A stretch of 33,965 bases of DNA from a virus (taxonomy: Duplodnaviria; Caudoviricetes), in the IMG/VR virus record IMGVR_UViG_3300036987_000545, positions 1 through 33,965 of that record; one strand, given 5' to 3'. A program made the position numbers and the translations under genes. Below are positions 1-5,418 of this stretch, piece by piece (the stretch's first letter is position 1; every line of letters starts with the position of its first letter). The notes under the pieces were generated by a model that searched no databases, was not told where the DNA came from, and saw nothing but the letters and a program-made list of their open reading frames with translations.

Positions 1-1074
1 ATGAGCAAAGACTTCTATCTGCACAAGCGGGGGAATATCTGGTACGTCCAGTTTGTCCTTCCTGATGGGCGGCGTACCACGGCAAGATCCTCGGGACAGA
101 CCAATAAAACGGCCGCAGAGAAGTGGGCAAAGGCAGAACTTCCCAAGATCGGCAGCCCGAAAATCACCCTTGGGGCCTGGGCTGGACAGTTCTTCCAGGA
201 CGATTGTCCCCACATATCCCGGCTCAAGGAAGAGAACAAGCCGTACTCCGATCCCCACAAAGCAAATCAATACTCCCTGCTTAAAAATCATATCCTGCCC
301 GATCCGGTCTGCAGCATCCTCCTTGGAGATCTGACTAAAAACGACATTCTCCTATTCAGGCAGCGCCTGGTGAAGGCTGTAGGTCAATCCTCGGTATCAC
401 AGAAGACCATGGGAGCCCTGCGGGTGATCATCAGAGAGGCATTGTTCCGGGAGTTCATCCAGCGGGACCTGTTCGCCGGCATAGGGAAGATCCAGTACGA
501 GGAGAAGAAGCGGGAGGCATTGACCCAGGATGCCCTGAAGAAAGTCCTGGATCCTGAAAGTTTTGCCAACCGTATGCACTATGAGGCCACCTTCTGCGCT
601 GCTGTCACAGGGCTCCGGGCAGGAGAGGTCCGGGGACTCCAGTGGAGTTCCCTGGTTGGCGATGTTCTTATCGTGGACCGGAAAATCTACACCCAGAGCG
701 ACAAGTCAGCGAAGCCCAAGTGGGGGAAGGTCCGGGCAGGACCATATCCACAGATCCTGCAGGACATGCTTGAGCCCCGCAGAGGCAAGCCCGATGAGTG
801 GGTTTTCTCCATATCTGGCGGCCCGATGGGGTACAGGGAGTGGAGACGGGCCATGAAAACACTGGACCTTACAGGTGTTACCCTCCATTCCTTGCGTCAT
901 ACCTTGAACACCATGCTCCGCGGTGAAGGGGTGAACGATGCAATCCTCCAGGGAGCGTTCGGCTGGTCAGGCCCTGAAATGCAGGAGAACTATACAGACA
1001 AAACCAAGTATGACTATTCCGAGATGGGAGCCGACATAGACCGGCTGATTGGAGGCATTATTGAAAGCCATTGA
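1..1074 (+). CDS. int: Tyrosine recombinase / phage integrase
   Basis: N-terminal arm-binding-like segment (FYLHKRGNIWYVQF...ARSSGQTNKTAAEKWA). Catalytic motifs TGLRAGE (R), KPKWG (K), HSLRH, FGWS (W in place of second H) and ENY (Tyr). Confidence 0.95.
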   Translation: MSKDFYLHKRGNIWYVQFVLPDGRRTTARSSGQTNKTAAEKWAKAELPKIGSPKITLGAWAGQFFQDDCPHISRLKEENKPYSDPHKANQYSLLKNHILPDPVCSILLGDLTKNDILLFRQRLVKAVGQSSVSQKTMGALRVIIREALFREFIQRDLFAGIGKIQYEEKKREALTQDALKKVLDPESFANRMHYEATFCAAVTGLRAGEVRGLQWSSLVGDVLIVDRKIYTQSDKSAKPKWGKVRAGPYPQILQDMLEPRRGKPDEWVFSISGGPMGYREWRRAMKTLDLTGVTLHSLRHTLNTMLRGEGVNDAILQGAFGWSGPEMQENYTDKTKYDYSEMGADIDRLIGGIIESH

Positions 1075-1777
1075 CGGCACGGCCGCGGTTGCACTGTACG
1101 AGATCCCGGACCTGGGGGACGATGACCTGGTAATCGACTTCATCGACTCTGCAAGCCTGGAGCAGATCGAGGATGGAATACGGAAGATCCAGGACACCAG
1201 CGACCTTCTTGCCCTGGTCCAAGGGGTAGCTATCGTCAAGATCGAACGAGAAGGACTCTGGATGCAGGCAGGATTCAACAACCTGAAGAACTACCGGATA
1301 GCCCAGAATGAACGTCTGGGGATGCCCCGCCAGACTGTATCCAGGAGAAGACAAGTCGGTGAAGGATATCTGGATAATCGCAAACTGTTGGGGAAATTCT
1401 CCCTGCATGGCCATGTGGAGAAGCTGCGCCTCCTGAATGATGCGGTCCGATTGTTCGGGAAAAAGGAAGCTGTTGCCCTGTTCAAGACTTCCACCTTGCG
1501 CGAGTTCATCGAGGCTGTGAGGCCAAGGGAGATTGAAGGTGAACTCACCGAGGTATCGTTCAAGCTGGACAAGGATGGCGTATGGATCGACGGAGAACCA
1601 ACGCTCTTGTGGCCTACAACGTACCCGGAGCCTGAGCGCAAATGGCTGGGGACCATAGTCGAAAGAGCATTCAAGGCCCGTGCCGGCGGGAACCTGGCCC
1701 ATGTTGTATCGGTCTACGACCAAGGAGAGGCGAGGGCTGTGGACCTTTTTCTCAAGCGGCACAGGGAATCGAAGTAG
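1061..1777 (+). CDS. Hypothetical DNA-binding protein, distantly PF49 partition/DUF3102-like; overlaps the integrase end
   Basis: Long ORF. GGAGG at 1051-1055 precedes TTG at 1061, preferred over TTG 1049. Motif GVAIVKIEREGLWMQAGFNNLKNY followed by HTH-like RLGMPRQTVSRRRQVG. Family call is tentative. Confidence 0.6.
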   Translation: MKAIDGTAAVALYEIPDLGDDDLVIDFIDSASLEQIEDGIRKIQDTSDLLALVQGVAIVKIEREGLWMQAGFNNLKNYRIAQNERLGMPRQTVSRRRQVGEGYLDNRKLLGKFSLHGHVEKLRLLNDAVRLFGKKEAVALFKTSTLREFIEAVRPREIEGELTEVSFKLDKDGVWIDGEPTLLWPTTYPEPERKWLGTIVERAFKARAGGNLAHVVSVYDQGEARAVDLFLKRHRESK

Positions 1778-1781
1778 CCCC

Positions 1782-1853
1782 CTGGGAGCCTTGACCTCCC
1801 GGCCTCGCCTGGAACGATTTGCTAAGTGGCATCACCAGCGGCGGGGGCGGGGG
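1782..1853. terminator. GC-rich hairpin region between convergent operons, possible terminator
   Basis: CTGGGAG-N7-CTCCCGG stem at 1782-1802 plus C-rich/G-rich complementary arms to 1853. No U-tract. Confidence 0.25.
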
Positions 1854-2204
1854 TTATCTAATGAACAAGGCCAGGGTGACTGCTCCCAGCAGCACTGCGT
1901 TCAAGATCACGGAGAGCTTCAAGAATAGCACGGATCTTTGCAATGCTAGACTTGCTTGACTCAAGCTCTGTCCTTGCTGCACTGATAAATCCTGCATTTC
2001 TATCAAGCTCCGCTCCAAGTTTGCCGACCATAACTTCTGCATCAGCAAGCTGCTCTCCAAGCTGTCTATTATTTCTGATTGCCTCATCAAGCTCGCCTCC
2101 AAGATGTCCAATTCTGATAGAGCTTGATCTATAGATGATGGCCCCGCAAACGCCGGCCCCGATGACAAGGCCAAGCACAAAGCAAAACAGATAGCCTTTC
2201 GCAT
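1854..2204 (-). CDS. Signal-peptide + coiled-coil + C-terminal TM protein overlapping the previous gene in another frame (putative spanin partner)
   Basis: MRKAICFALCLALSSGPAFA resembles an SPase I signal (A-x-A). Leu heptads follow, then C-terminal hydrophobic VLFLKLSVILNAVLLGAVTLALFIR. GGAGG lies 5 nt upstream of its ATG. Confidence 0.7.
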   Translation of the reverse strand: MRKAICFALCLALSSGPAFAGPSSIDQALSELDILEASLMRQSEIIDSLESSLLMQKLWSANLERSLIEMQDLSVQQGQSLSQASLALQRSVLFLKLSVILNAVLLGAVTLALFIR

Positions 2205-2208
2205 TCAT
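1858..2208 (-). CDS. N-terminally membrane-anchored coiled-coil protein (i-spanin/Rz-like)
   Basis: TM helix YLFCFVLGLVIGAGVCGAII then heptad repeats. ATG overlaps the holin stop (ATGA). Last position in the lysis cassette. Confidence 0.7.
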   Translation of the reverse strand: MNAKGYLFCFVLGLVIGAGVCGAIIYRSSSIRIGHLGGELDEAIRNNRQLGEQLADAEVMVGKLGAELDRNAGFISAARTELESSKSSIAKIRAILEALRDLERSAAGSSHPGLVH

Positions 2209-2399
2209 CCCTCCCCCTTCGGCTTGGTAAAACTGTCAGCGGCGATATACCCCCCGGCCACCCCGACCAGCAGGGACAAGGCAGCCCCCATGCCTCCGGG
2301 GATGTCCTCGCGCACTATCCCCGCGGTGATGATCGCTGTGGCGCAGGCCATGGACCACAGGGCCACCATCCATCGTCTACTCTGCCATTTGTTGTACAT
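2205..2399 (-). CDS. Holin (2 TM helices)
   Basis: 64 aa, basic N-terminal KWQSRRW, two hydrophobic helices, charged tail. GAGGTG RBS before ATG 2399. Adjacent to the endolysin. Confidence 0.75.
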   Translation of the reverse strand: MYNKWQSRRWMVALWSMACATAIITAGIVREDIPGGMGAALSLLVGVAGGYIAADSFTKPKGEG

Positions 2400-2401
2400 G
2401 A

Positions 2402-2866
2402 TCACACCTCGAATGCTATCTGGATATGGTATCCATACCCGTATGGATCGTTGCCGACCCGGATCACCTTGCCCTTCATGGATCTATTCCAATGGATGTC
2501 GAAGTGGTCCTTGGTGGTGCGCCTGTCTTCCGGCACCAGGTCAAAGCCGTGATGCACCTTGCGGGTCAGCTTGTAGTACTCCAGCTCTGCATAGGCAGTA
2601 GTCACCACCAGTGGAACGATGAACATATCGTCGTCCAGGAAGTACAGGTACTGTTTCATTGGAGCAGACTGCGGCTTCTCGGCCTCGATGTCGTGGAGAC
2701 TGTACAGCCCGTCATTCTCTCCCCTGGTCAGGTCGAAGTGCAGGTGGGCTGCTGTGCTTTGCCCTGAGTTGCCCATGCGGCCGACGATGAAGTTCTCCAG
2801 GATGGTGTCCCCCACCTTCCATCTCGGGAGGCTGTCCAGGTGTGCGTAACGTGCGGTGAGGGTCAT
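2402..2866 (-). CDS. Endolysin, M23-family metallopeptidase, circularly permuted
   Basis: YAHL, VGRMGNSGQSTAAHLHF (HxH), HHGFD (HxxxD) and GKVIRVG...GYGYHIQI motifs all present but in permuted order. Confidence 0.88.
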   Translation of the reverse strand: MTLTARYAHLDSLPRWKVGDTILENFIVGRMGNSGQSTAAHLHFDLTRGENDGLYSLHDIEAEKPQSAPMKQYLYFLDDDMFIVPLVVTTAYAELEYYKLTRKVHHGFDLVPEDRRTTKDHFDIHWNRSMKGKVIRVGNDPYGYGYHIQIAFEV

Positions 2867-3213
2867 TTAAGCAGGGCGATCAACGCCACAATGATGATCC
2901 CTACTATCTGTACCCACTGGGCGTGCATCAAGTGCTTGCCCTTGACCTTCTCGATCTGCAGCATGGTGATCTCCTTCTTGTTCGTCTCTATGTAGTCCTT
3001 GATCGCCTTCAGGCCCAGACACTCCTGCGCCCTTGTCTGGGTCCTGCGGTCAACATGCCCCTCCAAGGTATCCACCCTGTCACAAAGGTCAACCACAATG
3101 GATCGCTTGCCATTACTCTTGTCTGGCCCCCAGTAATCGGCAGCCAGTTCGCGGTGTTCTGTGTACAGCTTTGCGATGCGGTCACGGGCCTCGCTGTCGA
3201 TTACTTCGGCCAT
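2863..3213 (-). CDS. Small membrane protein with C-terminal TM helix (lysis-module accessory)
   Basis: Helical soluble part plus WVQIVGIIIVALIALLK. Stop overlaps the endolysin ATG. Confidence 0.65.
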   Translation of the reverse strand: MAEVIDSEARDRIAKLYTEHRELAADYWGPDKSNGKRSIVVDLCDRVDTLEGHVDRRTQTRAQECLGLKAIKDYIETNKKEITMLQIEKVKGKHLMHAQWVQIVGIIIVALIALLK

Positions 3214-3219
3214 CTTGGT

Positions 3220-3459
3220 TTACTCCTCTGCCTGGCCAGGAGGGGTAGCCTCTGGTTTCGGCCAGCGGTCTTTGATCTCCTGGATCTTGTCCAGCCATGC
3301 CTGGCGCTCGTTCTCCCCCCGCTCGGAGCCGAAGAACAGCGGATCTGCCTCTAGGCTGTACGCTGCTCGGCGGGCTGCCAGCACCTCTTCCAGGGTGAGC
3401 TGGTAAGGCTCGGGGATCGGGTCCAGTGCTTCTTCCATTGCTTCCAGTTCCTCGTCCAT
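3220..3459 (-). CDS. Putative tail fibre assembly/chaperone-like protein
   Basis: Pattern RRAAYSLEADPLFF...W...IKDRWPKP is typical of small proteins downstream of fibre genes. AGGAG RBS. Confidence 0.6.
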   Translation of the reverse strand: MDEELEAMEEALDPIPEPYQLTLEEVLAARRAAYSLEADPLFFGSERGENERQAWLDKIQEIKDRWPKPEATPPGQAEE

Positions 3460-3469
3460 GATGTTCTCC

Positions 3470-4909
3470 TTACCAGCTGGCTATGGCCACGCGCTTCCAG
3501 GTGTTGGTTGCGGTGCATATGTAGATGTAGCTCGCGTCGTAGGCGATCTGTCCGACTGTTCCTGCGGCTCCTGCGGTGGCGGGGGTGTGGGTGGATAGGC
3601 GTATCCGGCCATCAGGGCCTCGTGCGACAATGCTGTTCATGGTAGGTGTAACTGACACTTCCATGTCATTGATGCAGTTCCCGCCCGGATTCTGGTACAG
3701 CTCCCAGATCTCCTCCGCACTCAGCGCACGGTTGTATATGCGGGGGTCGTCGATGGTGCCGATCAGTCTGTTTGCATTGAGCGCAGTTGTCATCCCCATT
3801 ACGAGAACTGATGCGTCATCAGCTCTATTCCCAACTGAGAGATTGGAAACAAAAACTCCATCCTTGTACGCTCTAGCAGTAGTCCCGTCCCATGTCACGG
3901 TAATCAGAGCGAATCCAGATACTATCGGCGTACTAATAGTGGTCTGAGTCCCCCTTATCCTGACTGCAATTGATTTGTCACCTACGGAAACTTCGTTGAT
4001 CAAGAATACCCTGTCAGTAGAATTTACCACCGCCCTGCCAATAAATGCTCCGATAGCATCACTTGTGGATGGCCCAATCCAGATTGATACCGACCATCGG
4101 GATGCGGCATCGGCAAACAGTTGGCCTGTCGTTATGGTCGGCGCCCTGACATAGCTTTCGCCGTTGAACCTCAGCGCCCTCCCCGTGATCCCGGCCACAG
4201 GGGTACAGCCGTATACCGTGCCGTGGTTGCCGTTGCCGGATGCGTCGAGGGCGAGGGAGTCGTGGTTGCCGTTGCCAGCGTAGATGAACTCAACAGTGAG
4301 AACATCATCTCCATAGGTGTTGTTTCCAAAATGAATAACTGTATCACTATTGGCTGGGACAAATGTATTAAATATAAATGTTTGTCCTGCCGCAAGAGTA
4401 ACTGTCTGCAATTGAACGACAGCAGGTACGGTGTCAGTGTGGCCTATCCAGCAGCTTCCACCTTTTAGCGTTGTAAGTTTTAACCTATAAGTTTTATTAG
4501 CCCATGAGCCTGCTGTTACTGTTCTTCTTGCCCTTGTGTACGATTGCGCTAAGTTGCCAGTGACGATTAGTTTTCTATTAGCAACTGTTAAAACCGAAGA
4601 TGAACCATGATTACCCCACCCATCCACCGTAGCCCACGCATCCTGTATGTACGTAGTCCCCGCCACGTTGTCGGGGCACTCGGGGATGTTCGCTTTCGGG
4701 GCGCAGATGAGGCCATTATTGACCTCTACCTTGGGATTGCGGACTACACCGGCGGCATCCCGCTTGGTTGAAGCATTGGCAGCAGGGGTGGCCGAGACGA
4801 CCGATTCGAGCTTGGCCTTCACATCTGCTGCAGTATACTCGCTCCTGGCCAGGTAGGTGTCAGGGCCTCCTGGCTGAATGAATGTCAGTTCTCCTACGGG
4901 CTCGCTCAT
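3470..4909 (-). CDS. Tail fibre / receptor-binding protein with LamG (ConA-like) domain
   Basis: LamG motifs DASGNGNHGT, ALRFNG, WSVSIWI, VTWDGTTARAYKDG, GTIDDPRIYNRALSAEEIWELY. C-terminal fibre motif GQIAYDASYIYICTATNTWKRVAI. Confidence 0.85.
   Translation of the reverse strand: MSEPVGELTFIQPGGPDTYLARSEYTAADVKAKLESVVSATPAANASTKRDAAGVVRNPKVEVNNGLICAPKANIPECPDNVAGTTYIQDAWATVDGWGNHGSSSVLTVANRKLIVTGNLAQSYTRARRTVTAGSWANKTYRLKLTTLKGGSCWIGHTDTVPAVVQLQTVTLAAGQTFIFNTFVPANSDTVIHFGNNTYGDDVLTVEFIYAGNGNHDSLALDASGNGNHGTVYGCTPVAGITGRALRFNGESYVRAPTITTGQLFADAASRWSVSIWIGPSTSDAIGAFIGRAVVNSTDRVFLINEVSVGDKSIAVRIRGTQTTISTPIVSGFALITVTWDGTTARAYKDGVFVSNLSVGNRADDASVLVMGMTTALNANRLIGTIDDPRIYNRALSAEEIWELYQNPGGNCINDMEVSVTPTMNSIVARGPDGRIRLSTHTPATAGAAGTVGQIAYDASYIYICTATNTWKRVAIASW
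4222..4276. repeat. 16-bp direct repeat CGTGGTTGCCGTTGCC (4222-4237, 4261-4276) encoding GNGNH twice
   Basis: Read directly from the sequence. Confidence 0.85.
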
Positions 4910-4910
4910 G

Positions 4911-5252
4911 TTACTGCCCCCTTATGGATGCCAGCATCGTGCCAGCCGTGCGGGTGATCCTGATGGCAGAGATTGCTCCGTACAATGCAATGACCCTGGA
5001 GATGCTCTGGTTCGCTCCATACGCATCGAACCATGGTACAGCCGTTCCTGACTGAACCCTGGCCACGGTTGCATTGGTGTACTCCACCTTGTAGCCCATG
5101 CCGGTCTCTGCATCCAGTTTGACCGAGATGGAAATCACCCCGATCCGTGGAGGAATCAGCCAGATGTGTTCCTGATAGGATGAGTTCATTGTCTTCTCAG
5201 CCTCGATGCCTATCGTGCCACCCTGTATCAGGTTGGGATTCTCAATTGCCAT
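4911..5252 (-). CDS. Hypothetical beta-rich virion/tail-associated protein
   Basis: 113-aa ORF with AGGAGG RBS, located between fibre genes. Confidence 0.7.
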   Translation of the reverse strand: MAIENPNLIQGGTIGIEAEKTMNSSYQEHIWLIPPRIGVISISVKLDAETGMGYKVEYTNATVARVQSGTAVPWFDAYGANQSISRVIALYGAISAIRITRTAGTMLASIRGQ

Positions 5253-5406
5253 GATCTGCCTCCTGTATCGGTCTCGGGGATTCTATCTGCTTCTGGCCAG
5301 TGCTGTTCGCGTTGGCCAGGGCTGTTATCAATGTATTCACCTCGTGCCAGGGCTTCCTGGCCAGGTAGTCGATCAAGGCTTTATAGAGCGGGTCCGGGAT
5401 GTGCAT
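5242..5406 (-). CDS. Small 54-aa protein (not in the ORF track), possible fibre chaperone
   Basis: AAGGAG RBS then MHIPDPLYKALIDYLARKPWHEVNTLITALANANSTGQKQIESPRPIQEADHGN*. Fills the gap and overlaps the next gene start. Confidence 0.7.
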   Translation of the reverse strand: MHIPDPLYKALIDYLARKPWHEVNTLITALANANSTGQKQIESPRPIQEADHGN

Positions 5407-5418
5407 GGGGCTACTCCT

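Noticed and set aside
1-60. att site or tRNA integration target
   Set aside because: The window starts at the integrase ATG. No tRNA or att core repeat is visible.
2140-2208. Lipobox in either overlapping ORF
   Set aside because: Cys6 and Cys10 of the 2204 frame are too early for a signal II h-region, and GAGVC in the 2208 frame is non-canonical. Not fully excluded, since spirochaete lipoboxes are degenerate.
2399-2405. Holin dual-start motif (GTG-ATC-ATG)
   Set aside because: The RBS abuts or overlaps the GTG and there is no basic residue between the starts, unlike lambda S107/S105.
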